Source: an uncultured Burkholderiales bacterium
Lineage (GTDB): Bacteria > Pseudomonadota > Gammaproteobacteria > Burkholderiales > Burkholderiaceae_E
Assembly (NCBI GenBank): GCA_903923345.1
Contig: CAIXXI010000084.1
Span: forward strand, 1 to 48,605
Direction of reading: 5' to 3'
DNA length: 48,605 bases
In this document: one piece after another, positions 1-9,290 of the stretch
Layout of the letters: every line of letters begins with the position of its first letter
Numbering within the stretch: the first letter of the stretch is position 1
Notes under the pieces: generated by a model
Database searches by the model: none
The model's input: the letters and a program-made list of their open reading frames with translations, nothing else
Told to the model about the DNA's origin: nothing
Translations under genes and position numbers: made by a program

Positions 1-585
1 ATCGACGGCGGCAGCGTTGCGCGAGGCGCGCTTGATCTGCGCTGTGGCAGTGGCCATGTCGTCTCCGGCAATCTCTTCACAAACCATGTCAACTACGGGC
101 TACTGTGCGGTATAGCCGGTGGCGGTCTGGCTCGGGTCTCGATCATCGGCAATGTGTTCACGCGCTGTGGCTCGCAGGCCGTGATGTCGGCCGGTGGCAT
201 CGACGGCGTCTCTTGCCGTTTCCTTCTCAATACCTGCGATTCAACGCATCTGTTTCCGGCCTGGGTCAATGATGACACGGGCGCGATCACGAACGGAGCG
301 GTGGCACCCGCTACCTTCAACGCATCGACGCCGCCGGTCGCGTTCCCGCGCTCCGGCACGTACCGCGCGATTGTGGTTGGAGACCGATCTCTTCCAGGGG
401 CAGGCACCCGACAAGGTGTGCTCGAGACCCGTGTGGAGGCGGGCTTTAGCGGTACTAAATGGTGCGTTCAGCGTTACGACCCCGCAAACGATGAAGGGGG
501 TTTGTCTGTGTTCTACACAAGGACCAGCGATCGCTCGGGTGCCTGGTTGCCGTGGACACGGCACGCCGGTGCCCGGCTTGAGTGA
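1..585 (+). CDS. 5'-truncated parallel beta-helix repeat protein with C-terminal knob-like domain (tailspike / polysaccharide-depolymerase-like)
   Basis: Frame 1 has no stop from base 1 up to the listed GTG at 154, so the ORF continues off the left edge. The N-part (GNLFTNHVNYGLLCGIAGGGLARVSIIGNVFTRCGSQAV..GIDGVSCRFLLNTC) looks like PbH1-type beta-helix rungs. The C-terminal SGTYRAIV..GVLETRV..VQRY..VFYTRTS..GAWLPWTR fits the G.Y...G.L...Q...RT...W..W pattern of phage/pyocin tail-fibre knob domains. Confidence 0.55.
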   Translation: MDGGSVARGALDLRCGSGHVVSGNLFTNHVNYGLLCGIAGGGLARVSIIGNVFTRCGSQAVMSAGGIDGVSCRFLLNTCDSTHLFPAWVNDDTGAITNGAVAPATFNASTPPVAFPRSGTYRAIVVGDRSLPGAGTRQGVLETRVEAGFSGTKWCVQRYDPANDEGGLSVFYTRTSDRSGAWLPWTRHAGARLE

Positions 586-764
586 CCTGAGCGGTGCTGG
601 CCAGGTTGCGACTTTCCCGACGCACTGCGACCGCCTTTCGGCCGATCGGTGCCGTGCGACCGCATTGGACCCATCGGATAGAGGGCCACGCACCTATCAT
701 CACCCCGTGTTCCAGCCGCGACCCCTAACAGGACGATCTTGATTGTTCGACACTGCCGGTCGGC

Positions 765-1859
765 TTGAGCGTCAATGTCCTGATTCACTGGAGGGGTTCG
801 ATTTTGGCCGTGCTGAAAGCGACCGACCGAGGCAATCACTTCAACCTGATGCGGCTCGCCTTCGCGTGTCTCGTTATCGTTGCGCATGGCCCCGAGATTG
901 TTCATGGTGACCGCAGTCGCGAGCCGCTGACGATGATGTTCGGGACACTCTCGTTTGGCGATCTCGCGGTTGACGGATTCTTCTTGCTGAGTGGCTACCT
1001 GATCGTCAAGAGTTGGACGCGACGGCCTGACTGGGCTGCTTTTCTTGCCGCACGTGCGCGACGCATCCTGCCGGGCTTTTTCGTTGCTTCTTTACTTTGC
1101 GCGTTTGTGGTGGGCCCGCTCGGCGGCGGCGCCGACTATTTCGAGCAATTCGCACTGTCTGCCTTCGGGTGGAGTCTGTTGACCCTTGCGCAACCGGCCA
1201 TTCCGCCGGTATTCGATGGCACGTATTACCCGCTCGTTAACGGTTCGGTCTGGACGATCATCCACGAAGTTCGGTGTTATCTCGCGGTGCTTCTGTTTGG
1301 CGTGCTCGGAGGATTCCGCCTCCGGTTTGCGTGGCTCGCGGCGACTGTCGTGTGTGTGCTGTTCTTCTTACTTGCACGCTTTGACGCGTGGCCACTGCCA
1401 GGCACATCCGGCCAGCATATGGCCCGATTTTTCATGCTGTTCGGCGTCGGCGGCTGCTTCTGGCTTTACGGTCGAGCGTTGCTTGCGCGTAGCAGCCTTG
1501 TTCTCCCTGCCTCGCTGCTCTTCGTGATCGCGCTTTCGATGCCGCAGTGGGCCGAGATTGGCGTTGCGCTGTTCGGCGGCTTCCTTTTCCTGCATATCGC
1601 AGTGCGTGAGGCGACCTCGCTTGCCTGGTTCAACCGCTTGCCTGACCTGTCCTATGGCGTTTACCTGTATGCCTGGCCGATTACGAAGCTGCTGCTGTGG
1701 TGTTGGCCTGGACTGACCGCTCCAGTGGTCACGGCCATCACGCTCGCAGCGAGTCTCGCTGCGGGCGCGCTAAGCTGGTTTCTGGTTGAACGCCCCTTCA
1801 TGAACCAGCGAACCCGTACCCCCGCTTACCGTCCCGATCACGTCACCGACACGCCATGA
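765..1859 (+). CDS. Acyltransferase family 3 membrane O-acyltransferase (polysaccharide modification)
   Basis: Polytopic 364-aa ORF. The N-terminal NHFNLMRLAFACLVIVAHG with conserved His is typical of the Acyltransferase_3/OafA type. Its stop overlaps the next start (ATGA at 1856-1859). The start is uncertain: TTG at 765, with in-frame TTG/GTG near 800-807 also possible. Confidence 0.8.
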   Translation: MSVNVLIHWRGSILAVLKATDRGNHFNLMRLAFACLVIVAHGPEIVHGDRSREPLTMMFGTLSFGDLAVDGFFLLSGYLIVKSWTRRPDWAAFLAARARRILPGFFVASLLCAFVVGPLGGGADYFEQFALSAFGWSLLTLAQPAIPPVFDGTYYPLVNGSVWTIIHEVRCYLAVLLFGVLGGFRLRFAWLAATVVCVLFFLLARFDAWPLPGTSGQHMARFFMLFGVGGCFWLYGRALLARSSLVLPASLLFVIALSMPQWAEIGVALFGGFLFLHIAVREATSLAWFNRLPDLSYGVYLYAWPITKLLLWCWPGLTAPVVTAITLAASLAAGALSWFLVERPFMNQRTRTPAYRPDHVTDTP

Positions 1860-2605
1860 CTCGAACTCTGAGTGTTGTTACCGTCAACTACCATTCCGCG
1901 CAGCTCATCCGCGGCCTCGAAGCCATGCTGGCCGATTTGCCAGACGTTGAGCTGATCGTGGTCGACAACGGTGGTGGGTTCGAGCCCGGTTCGGAACGCA
2001 CCCGGGTGGTCGGCGATGGGACCAACCTCGGTTTCGGACGGGCATGCAACCTGGGCGCTGAAAATGCCCGCGCCGGGATTTTGCTGTTCCTGAACCCCGA
2101 TGCCACCGCACACGCAGACGCCATTCGTCAATTGCTTGAGGCCGATGTCGATCAATCCAGAACCATCTGGGGGCCGGCAATCCTTGACTCGACACATCGG
2201 GTAACGACCCTTGATGCGCCGGGACGTTTTGGATTGCGCTTTCGGCGTCGACATGTCGAACCGAGTCCAGACCGAGGGTGTGCACCGGTCCTTTACGTGT
2301 CTGGCGCCTGCATGATGGTTTCCAAAGCATTTTTCTCAAGCGTCGGGGGGTATGCAGACGATATCTTCCTGTACGCCGAAGACCTTGATTTATGCGCGCG
2401 CGCAGTTCGCGCAGGAGGTCAGGTTCTGATGTGTCCGAGCGTTTCGATCGAGCACGCGGGCGGCCGCTCCAGCAGCCGCTTCAGCGCACGGGCCAAGCGT
2501 CTGTTGCGCTCCTGGCGCGGCCACTACGTCTTTTTGTCGCGGGACAGTGGGCCGATCACTGCAGCGATCAATGCCTTGCACCTGGCCTCGGGCCTGAGGA
2601 TATGA
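1856..2605 (+). CDS. Glycosyltransferase family 2
   Basis: SVVTVNYHSAQLI...ELIVVDNGG...GFGRACNLG...FLNPD is a classic GT-A/GT2 N-terminal signature. It is translationally coupled to both neighbours (ATGA overlaps at 1856 and 2602). Confidence 0.85.
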   Translation: MTRTLSVVTVNYHSAQLIRGLEAMLADLPDVELIVVDNGGGFEPGSERTRVVGDGTNLGFGRACNLGAENARAGILLFLNPDATAHADAIRQLLEADVDQSRTIWGPAILDSTHRVTTLDAPGRFGLRFRRRHVEPSPDRGCAPVLYVSGACMMVSKAFFSSVGGYADDIFLYAEDLDLCARAVRAGGQVLMCPSVSIEHAGGRSSSRFSARAKRLLRSWRGHYVFLSRDSGPITAAINALHLASGLRI

Positions 2606-3639
2606 CGCCGGGGCTGCATGTCGTTTTTGTCAGTCCTTACGGGCACCATGGCGCTCAATCGGGTGCCCGCAAGCGGGTTGAGTCGCTCGCGGCTGCTCTG
2701 ATCGGTCTGGGGAGCGACATTCGCGTGACCTGCCTGTCGCCGTGGCGGCCTGCTGCCGATGTCGTTCATGTCCCCTTCGGCCTTGACGGTTCGCCGGTTG
2801 AACGTGTCGTTTCGATGCTCAGGCTTTCGGGCATGCTCCGGCAGCTTCGAGCTGATCTGGTTGTGTCCGAGAGCCCACTGGCGCCGCTGGCAGGCACCGG
2901 CACCCGAGTGATGCATCTGATACACGATGCGAAATTCGCCACCCCGCACGCGCGGATAGGCGGAAGGCTTGCGCATCTGCTGCACTGGATCTCGGCGCGT
3001 CTGGCCGATGAAGTCGTGACTGTGTCACGGTCAGAGCGGGATCGGTTGAGCGAGGCCTTGCGCATCAGTGCCGAGCGAATCCGTGTGTCGTACAACGGAC
3101 TGGCGCCCGCATGGCTTGATACGCCGCTCCCGTCACCGTCAGTGCCACGACGCTTCGACCTCCTGTATGTGTCGAACTTCGCTGCACACAAGGGTCACCA
3201 TGACCTCCTTCGTTGCGTGGAGGGTACCGGCTGGCGCGTCGCGTTTGTCGGGGCTGATTTTGGCCAACGCGGGGCATGCGAGGCGCAGTGCCGCGAACGC
3301 GGGATCGATGCAAGCTTCCTGGAGGGTTTGTCGGAGCCCGAATTGATTTCGACGTACGACGATGCGCGTGTGTTCGCGTTTCCGTCCAGACTCGAGGGCT
3401 TCGGCATGCCCTTCCTGGAGGCGCGAGCCCGGGGATTGCCGGTCGTGGCCAGCAAGCTGCCGGTTTTTTCAGAACTCGCTGCGCGCGTGGGTGGTTCTCT
3501 GGTCGATTTCGACGATATCGCCGGTGCAAGAGCGAGTTTTGCGCGTGCAATTGAGCAGCCGCTTGTCCGCCCGGATATTACTGAATTCACCTGGACCCGA
3601 ATCGCTGAGGGCTTGCTGCCGACGAGCGCGCCGAGATGA
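2602..3639 (+). CDS. Glycosyltransferase family 4 (GT-B, GT1 clan)
   Basis: The in-frame ATG at 2602 overlaps the GT2 stop (ATGA). The track ORF starting at 2392 would overlap GT2 by 210 nt and is taken as a spurious N-extension. FAFPSRLEGFGMPFLEARARGLPVVAS is the E-x7-E GT4 motif. Confidence 0.85.
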   Translation: MTPGLHVVFVSPYGHHGAQSGARKRVESLAAALIGLGSDIRVTCLSPWRPAADVVHVPFGLDGSPVERVVSMLRLSGMLRQLRADLVVSESPLAPLAGTGTRVMHLIHDAKFATPHARIGGRLAHLLHWISARLADEVVTVSRSERDRLSEALRISAERIRVSYNGLAPAWLDTPLPSPSVPRRFDLLYVSNFAAHKGHHDLLRCVEGTGWRVAFVGADFGQRGACEAQCRERGIDASFLEGLSEPELISTYDDARVFAFPSRLEGFGMPFLEARARGLPVVASKLPVFSELAARVGGSLVDFDDIAGARASFARAIEQPLVRPDITEFTWTRIAEGLLPTSAPR

Positions 3640-3697
3640 GTCAACGGCCTGATTCCTCTCAACGCACAGACCGCGCAAGGTCAATCAGGGAGCGCGC

Positions 3698-5188
3698 GTG
3701 ACGGGGCGCAATGTAGGCTGGAACCTGCTTGGATTCGGCTTGCCACTGTTTGTCGCGGTCGTCTGCATCCCGCCTCTGATCGAGTCGTTGGGCACCGCCC
3801 GCTTTGGCCTTTTGACACTGATCTGGGCTGTGGTCAGCTATTTCGGCGTTTTTGACCTTGGCCTGGGGCGTGCGCTGACCCAGCAGGTCTCTTCGGCTCT
3901 TGGGGCAGGACGCGACGACGCAGTCCCCGGTATCGCCTGCACGGGCCTAGCGGCAATGCTGTTGCTTGGGGTCGTCGCGGGTGCACTGATGTGGACTCTC
4001 GCACCTGTGGGCGTTGCCCTTTCGGCTGGGCTTCCCGACCCGGCCGAGGCCGAGGCCGCAGCCCGTGCGATGGCCTGGTCGCTGCCATTCATTGTCCTCA
4101 CCTCCGGCCTACGTGGGGTGTTGGAGTCTCGCGGCACGTTTCGCGCAATCAACCTCATCCGAATCGCCACAGGCACCCTGACCTATGTACTGCCGATTGC
4201 AGTGGTCCGAGCGGGCATGAATGACCTGGAGTCGATTGCCTGGGCTCTCGGCGCCATGCGGGCTGCCGGTTGTGCCTGGCACGCTGTCCTGGTTGCGCGC
4301 GAGGTGCCCGGTGCGCTCAACCCGAGGCGGCTCGACAGCGCAGCGCTCAGTGGTCTGCTGCGCTTCGGTGGCTGGCTCACCCTGAGCAACGTCGTGAGCC
4401 CGATGATGGGCTACCTCGACCGGTTCGTGGTCGCGTCGCTGCTATCGCTCGATGCGACGGCTTGGTACGTCACACCGAAGGAGATGGTGACGAAGCTGTT
4501 GATTGTGCCGACCGCGATCGGCAACGTGCTTTTTCCCCGGCTTTCGGCACTCGGCTCGAGTATTGATGGCCGCGAAGCATCGATCCGGCTTGAGAATCTC
4601 TCGACGTCTGCAGTGTTCGCGCTGCTGTTCCCGGTGACGCTTGTGCTGGCGGTGGGCGCTCCGCTGGTCTTGCACGCGTGGATCGGCGAGGAGTTCGCCC
4701 GACAGGGTGCGACTGCGATGGCGGTGGTTTGTCTCGGCGTGCTCCTGAACGGACTTGCCACCGTTCCCTTTCTATCGATTCAGGCGAGAGGGCGGTCCGA
4801 TGTGACGGCGCTCGCCAATGTGCTCGAACTCCCTCTGTTCATCGGTGCGGTCTACCTCATGACCCGAGAGTGGGGCGTCACCGGCGCTGCAGCTGCTTGG
4901 ACACTGCGTGTCGGGGTGGACCTGGTCGCGCTGTGTTGGATGTCGGCGCGCTTGCATGGGCACACCCCGTCAAGTCGTGATCGGATGCTGATGGTCGCCG
5001 TGACCATGTTGGCCTCCATCGCGTTTGCGTTTGCTTTCCTCGAACCGACTGCCTTGCGGGTCGGGGGTGCTGCGTGCGCAGGATGCGCTGCAATGCTCCT
5101 GCTCGGCTATGGTCATCGTCAGTGGTTACGGGCTTCGCTTCGCCGTGGAGTGTCAAGGACGACCGCGCAACAGTCTGGATCTCGCTGA
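3698..5188 (+). CDS. wzx: Oligosaccharide flippase, polysaccharide biosynthesis protein (MOP/Wzx family)
   Basis: 496 aa and highly hydrophobic, with about 12-14 predicted TM segments. The N-terminus GWNLLGFGLPLFVAVVCIPPLIESLGTARFGLLTLIWAVVSYFGVFDLGLGRALTQ is typical of Wzx-like flippases. GTG start. Confidence 0.8.
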   Translation: MTGRNVGWNLLGFGLPLFVAVVCIPPLIESLGTARFGLLTLIWAVVSYFGVFDLGLGRALTQQVSSALGAGRDDAVPGIACTGLAAMLLLGVVAGALMWTLAPVGVALSAGLPDPAEAEAAARAMAWSLPFIVLTSGLRGVLESRGTFRAINLIRIATGTLTYVLPIAVVRAGMNDLESIAWALGAMRAAGCAWHAVLVAREVPGALNPRRLDSAALSGLLRFGGWLTLSNVVSPMMGYLDRFVVASLLSLDATAWYVTPKEMVTKLLIVPTAIGNVLFPRLSALGSSIDGREASIRLENLSTSAVFALLFPVTLVLAVGAPLVLHAWIGEEFARQGATAMAVVCLGVLLNGLATVPFLSIQARGRSDVTALANVLELPLFIGAVYLMTREWGVTGAAAAWTLRVGVDLVALCWMSARLHGHTPSSRDRMLMVAVTMLASIAFAFAFLEPTALRVGGAACAGCAAMLLLGYGHRQWLRASLRRGVSRTTAQQSGSR

Positions 5189-5190
5189 AT

Positions 5191-6393
5191 TCAGACAGGC
5201 GATGCAGGAGCCAGGCGTGCACCTGTCAGCATGGACTCAGGATGCCGGCCAAGGGTTCCGCTGACCGCCTCGCCATAAGCCTCCAACACAATCTGCTCAT
5301 CAAACTCAGCAAGGATGCGTTGACGCGCTTGCAGACTCACGACAGCCGCCTGTTCATGCGGCATCTTCAGCAGGTGGTTCATTGTGTCGGCCAGCGCCTG
5401 CGCATCCCGCGCCCCCACCAACCACCCCGTCACCCCATCTTCCACCGTATCCCGACACCCGACTGAATCGGTGGTGATCACCGGCTTGCCCATGCTCGCT
5501 GCTTCAAGCAGCGAGCGCGGCACGCCTTCGCGGTAGTACGACGGCAGCACCACACAGTCGGCCTGTGCATAGACCGGCACCATGTCGTCGAAGCTGCCCA
5601 GGTACTTCACCAGACCTTCCTGTTCCCAGGCTTCGATCGTGGCTCTCGGCACGGCCGCTGCATTGCCCTCATCGATGAAGCCGGCCAGCACGAACTCCAC
5701 CTCCGGATGCTGGGCTTTCACGATTCGCGCCGCCTCCACAAACTCGCCAACCCCCTTGGCCCACAGCAATCGGGCCACGAGCATGAAGCGAAACGGACCG
5801 GGCTCAGGCTTGGGGCGCGGGCTGAAGCGCTCGACATCCACGCCGGAGCCCGGCAGTCGCACCGTGCGCTGCGCGTCGACCAACCCCGCGTCAATGAACG
5901 TGGCACGGTCTTCTTCATTCTGGAAGAACACGGTCTTCGGCCACTTGAGTGCCACGCGGTAAAGCGCTCGTGAGACCTGCTCGAGCCACCCGCCCGATCC
6001 AAATCCCCGGCCCAGGCCCGAGATGTTCGCAATCACCGGCACGCCCAGCGTGCGCGCCACAATCGACAGGTAGATGTTGATCTTCGGTGTGAAGGTCAAC
6101 ACAACCGAGGGACCGATCTGCGCGATCGCCTGACGCAGACGCAGCAGCGTCCTCATCTCCTTGAGCGGATTCGTGCCGGCGTTGTCGAGCGTGATCGATA
6201 CATGCTCGGCCCCGCAGGCAATCAGGCGCGACACATGCCGGTCCGGCGGCGAGAGCACCACCACTCGCCATCCCTGTTTGATCAGCGATGCAATCAGGCG
6301 TGACCTGAAATTCACCACATACCAGGTGGTGTTCGCGCTCAGGCAGGCAATCGGACGCGTGTCCGGGATGTCGGGGGAATTGAATCGAAACAT
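5191..6393 (-). CDS. Glycosyltransferase family 4
   Basis: 400 aa. N-terminal Rossmann segment (ACLSANTTWYVVNFRSRLIASLIKQGWRVVVLSP). C-terminal YYREGVPRSLLEAASMGKPVITTD is the E-x7-E motif. Convergent with wzx, with only 2 nt between the stops. Confidence 0.85.
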   Translation of the reverse strand: MFRFNSPDIPDTRPIACLSANTTWYVVNFRSRLIASLIKQGWRVVVLSPPDRHVSRLIACGAEHVSITLDNAGTNPLKEMRTLLRLRQAIAQIGPSVVLTFTPKINIYLSIVARTLGVPVIANISGLGRGFGSGGWLEQVSRALYRVALKWPKTVFFQNEEDRATFIDAGLVDAQRTVRLPGSGVDVERFSPRPKPEPGPFRFMLVARLLWAKGVGEFVEAARIVKAQHPEVEFVLAGFIDEGNAAAVPRATIEAWEQEGLVKYLGSFDDMVPVYAQADCVVLPSYYREGVPRSLLEAASMGKPVITTDSVGCRDTVEDGVTGWLVGARDAQALADTMNHLLKMPHEQAAVVSLQARQRILAEFDEQIVLEAYGEAVSGTLGRHPESMLTGARLAPASPV

Positions 6394-6789
6394 CCGGCCA
6401 ATCTAGGCCGCTGGGCGATCTGAACGGTCGCCCGTCCGCTCGACGGCACGCATTCCCTGAAGGCCGGCGGCCACCGGGTTGCGGCGGTCACACGCGCTGA
6501 TCGGACGCCGGCCGGACCCTGACTCAGCACGACCGTGAAGGGATCACGGCAGGCTCACGCGCCCGAAATTCGACCGTTCTCTCGCCAGTCCGTCCCCTAT
6601 TGGGGATCCCGCCACGGAGTGTGTCGGACGCTGAAACACTTTTTTCCGCTTGTCCGACCGCCCTGACCTTTGGGAAGCGAGGCCGACAGCAACGCGATTG
6701 GGGGCCGAAGAATGAATCCAAGAGGGTCGCTCCAGAACGCGGCCTCACTCAATGATCGACACGGTTCGGCCAATGTGCCGGCGCTCAAT

Positions 6790-7974
6790 ATGACGGCTCC
6801 AGTCTCCTTCGCTCCCATCCTTCACAGCGCTGCCATCGCACTTGCAGTCTCGGCCATCGTGTCCCTGATCCTGGTCCTCACCCGCCGCTGGCACATCCGA
6901 TTCACCGGCGACTCCCACCTGCATCTGCCGCAGAAAATCCACCAGGACGAGATTCCCCGAATCGGCGGGCTCGCGATCGTTTCGGGCTTCGTCGTGGGTC
7001 TGGTGCATCTGGTCTGGTTCGGTGCCCGGCCGCCGGCCATCTCGGCTGAGACCGCCTCGCTGCTGCTGCTCGGACTGGCACCGATCGCGTTTGCCGGCTT
7101 CGGTGAAGACCTCACCAAGAAGGTCGGCCCACGTGCCCGCCTGTTCTGGATGGCACTGGGCAGCGCCCTCCTGTTGGCTTCGAAAAATCTGTTTCTCGAT
7201 CACATCGGGATTCCTTTTCTGGACCCACTCTTTTCTCACTGGGGCATCGCATTCGCGTTCTCGGTCTTTGCCTGCGTCGGCGCAGCCAACGCCTACAACC
7301 TCATCGATGGTCTCAATGGCCTGCTCGCCGGCGTCTCGCTGATCACGCTCACCGCAATCGCCTGGGTGGCTGCATCGGTCGGTGACGCCAAGGTCTTTGC
7401 GCTGGCCATCCTGCTCGGTGTGGCGATTCTGGGCTGGCTGCCCTGCAACTGGCCGCGCGCACGGCTGTTCGCAGGCGACGGCGGCGCCTATTCGATCGGC
7501 TTTCTGACCGCAGCCCTGCTCATCCTGCTGATTTCGCGCAACCCGAGTGTCAGCCCCTGGTTCGGCCTGACCGCAGCCGCCCTGCCGGTCTGGGAAACCC
7601 TCTACAGCATCTATCGTCGCAAGCGCACCGGCCTGTCGACCATGGAACCCGACCAGTCGCACCTGCATCAACTCGTGCGCACCCGCATGCACTGGTCGCT
7701 CAAGCACCGCGAACTGCGCCGGGCCGGTGTCTGGGGCGAGAACTGGACGCCTGCTGCACAGCCCACGGCACCGATCGTGGTCGAGGCACCCAATGGCCTG
7801 TGCAGTCCGCTGCTGTGGGGTCTGCATGCACTGGCAGCCGTCGGTGGCATGCTGGCGTATCACGACACCGGCGCGCAGGCCGCGATCTTCCTGTGCTTCG
7901 TTGTGACCTACATCGGCCTGCATCGTCGGCTGCTTCGATCCCGCATCAAGTACAAGCTCGCGCTGGCGGGCTGA
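6790..7974 (+). CDS. Undecaprenyl-phosphate sugar-1-phosphate transferase, MraY/WecA family (initiating transferase)
   Basis: Polytopic membrane protein carrying the NAYNLIDGLNGL motif of the polyprenyl-phosphate N-acetylhexosamine-1-P transferase family. I prefer the ATG at 6790 (MTAPVSFAPIL...) over the track start at 6670, whose 40-aa extension is polar and low-complexity. Confidence 0.8.
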   Translation: MTAPVSFAPILHSAAIALAVSAIVSLILVLTRRWHIRFTGDSHLHLPQKIHQDEIPRIGGLAIVSGFVVGLVHLVWFGARPPAISAETASLLLLGLAPIAFAGFGEDLTKKVGPRARLFWMALGSALLLASKNLFLDHIGIPFLDPLFSHWGIAFAFSVFACVGAANAYNLIDGLNGLLAGVSLITLTAIAWVAASVGDAKVFALAILLGVAILGWLPCNWPRARLFAGDGGAYSIGFLTAALLILLISRNPSVSPWFGLTAAALPVWETLYSIYRRKRTGLSTMEPDQSHLHQLVRTRMHWSLKHRELRRAGVWGENWTPAAQPTAPIVVEAPNGLCSPLLWGLHALAAVGGMLAYHDTGAQAAIFLCFVVTYIGLHRRLLRSRIKYKLALAG

Positions 7975-8045
7975 GCCTGCGCATCCGGGGCTATGATCCG
8001 GGGCGGCTCGCCTGAGCACAGGCGGCCCCGCCTCCGGAGAGATTC

Positions 8046-9236
8046 ATGCCCCACTCGAAACCTTCCTCGCGGCTGGTTGCAGCCGGCCGCCATTTCGATC
8101 GCCCGATCGCCACCGTCAATCTGCCGCTGACCCGCGCCTCGAGCGTGCTCTTCGAGTCATTGGCGCAGGCCGAGGCCGAAGGCGCAGCAGCCATCGCAGG
8201 CGAACTGCACCGCACCACCTACGCCACCTCAGGCACGCCAACGACCTTCGCGCTGATGGACGCGCTGGCTGAGGTCGAAGGCGCAGGCCATGCCTGCCGT
8301 GCGGCCGTGATGCCCTCCGGGCTGGCTGCGATTTCAGTGCCGCTGCTGGCCTACTGCAAGTCGGGCGACCATGTGTTGATGAGCGACTCGGTCTATGGGC
8401 CGGCCCGCAGCTTTGCGACCACGATGCTGGCGCGATACGGCGTCACCACCGAGTTTTTCGATCCGCTCATCGGCGCCGGCATCGAAGCCCTGCTGCGTCC
8501 GGAAACTCGCATCGTCTATCTCGAAAGCCCGGGCAGCTACACCTTCGAGATCCAGGACGTCCCGGCGATCTGCGCAGTGGCGCGGGCGCATGGCGTGCTC
8601 ACCATGATCGACAATGCCTGGGCTTCGCCGGTGTTCGCCAGGCCCTTCGACTGGGGCGTCGACATCTCTTTGTTGCCGCTCACCAAGTACTGGGGCGGCC
8701 ATGCCGACCTGCTGATGGGTGCGGCCATCGTGCGCGAAGAGCACTGGCTGCCGCTGTGGCAGGCGATCCGTCAGATGGGCATCTGCGTCGGGGGTGACGA
8801 TGCCTTCATGGTGCTGCGTGGCTTGCGAACCGCCGACGTGCGCATGCGCCGGCATGAGGCCACGGCACTGGAGGTGGCCCGCTGGCTGCAAGGCCGCGAG
8901 GAGGTGGCCCAGGTGCTGCACCCGGCCTTGCCCACGCATCCTCAGCACGCCCTGTTCAAGCGCGATTTCCAGGGCTCGAGCGGCCTGTTTTCCTTCGAGC
9001 TCAAATCAGCCTCGCCCGCGCAACTGGCTGCGCTGTGCGAGCGCCGCCGCTACTTCCGCATCGGCTATTCCTGGGGCGGCTTCGAGAGCCTGATCATGCC
9101 GGCCAAGCTCGGCTCGATCCGCAGCATCCGGCCCTGGACAGGCGGCCCGCTGGTGCGCCTGCACTGCGGGCTGGAGGACGCAGCCGATCTGATCGACGAC
9201 CTGCAAGAGGGCCTGCAGGCGATGAAATCGGCCTGA
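8046..9236 (+). CDS. metC: Cystathionine beta-lyase (Cys/Met-metabolism PLP enzyme)
   Basis: 396 aa. The PLP-lysine region is SLLPLTKYWGGHADLLMGA. The N-terminus (RLVAAGRHFD...VNLPLTRASSVLFES) and C-terminus (FRIGYSWGGFESLI) match the MetC subfamily pattern. Confidence 0.8.
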   Translation: MPHSKPSSRLVAAGRHFDRPIATVNLPLTRASSVLFESLAQAEAEGAAAIAGELHRTTYATSGTPTTFALMDALAEVEGAGHACRAAVMPSGLAAISVPLLAYCKSGDHVLMSDSVYGPARSFATTMLARYGVTTEFFDPLIGAGIEALLRPETRIVYLESPGSYTFEIQDVPAICAVARAHGVLTMIDNAWASPVFARPFDWGVDISLLPLTKYWGGHADLLMGAAIVREEHWLPLWQAIRQMGICVGGDDAFMVLRGLRTADVRMRRHEATALEVARWLQGREEVAQVLHPALPTHPQHALFKRDFQGSSGLFSFELKSASPAQLAALCERRRYFRIGYSWGGFESLIMPAKLGSIRSIRPWTGGPLVRLHCGLEDAADLIDDLQEGLQAMKSA

Positions 9237-9245
9237 GCCGATGCC

Positions 9246-9273
9246 GGGATGCGCCCGCGATCGGGCCCATCCC
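9246..9273. terminator. GC-rich hairpin between convergent metC and esterase genes (possible bidirectional terminator)
   Basis: GGGATG-C-GCCCG-CGAT-CGGGC-C-CATCCC forms an 11-bp stem with one C/C mismatch and a 4-nt loop. No clear U-tract on either strand. Confidence 0.4.
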
Positions 9274-9290
9274 GAGGCTGATGCGCCGGG

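Noticed and set aside
2392-2601. N-terminal extensions offered by the ORF track. Examples are GT4 from 2392, argS from 39941, rlpA from 43999, lpoA-like from 45619, the esterase to 10325, the hydratase from 10214 and the aminotransferase to 26142.
   Set aside because: Each extension overlaps a neighbouring real gene or a promoter region and is compositionally odd (Arg/Ser/Pro-rich). Each also precedes an internal ATG that gives a family-typical N-terminus, an SD sequence or an ATGA coupling.
6394-6789. The long leader upstream of the WecA-like gene, scanned for a JUMPstart/ops element (GGCGGTAG) or a small gene.
   Set aside because: Only GGCGGTCA is present (around 6483-6490, 6 of 8 matches). 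The small ORFs here (74 and 73 aa, minus strand) are Arg/Pro-rich with no start context. That is not enough to call an RfaH site or a CDS.
6745-8019. A 424-aa ORF on the minus strand, antisense to the WecA-like gene. Similar long antisense or alternate-frame ORFs occur at 10322-11071, 14881-15753, 17203-18060, 18273-19247 and 42574-43590.
   Set aside because: Their translations are Arg/Gly/Pro/Gln-rich low-complexity strings with no recognisable motifs. Each lies fully inside a gene with strong family signatures on the other strand. Long stop-free shadow frames are expected in high-GC DNA.
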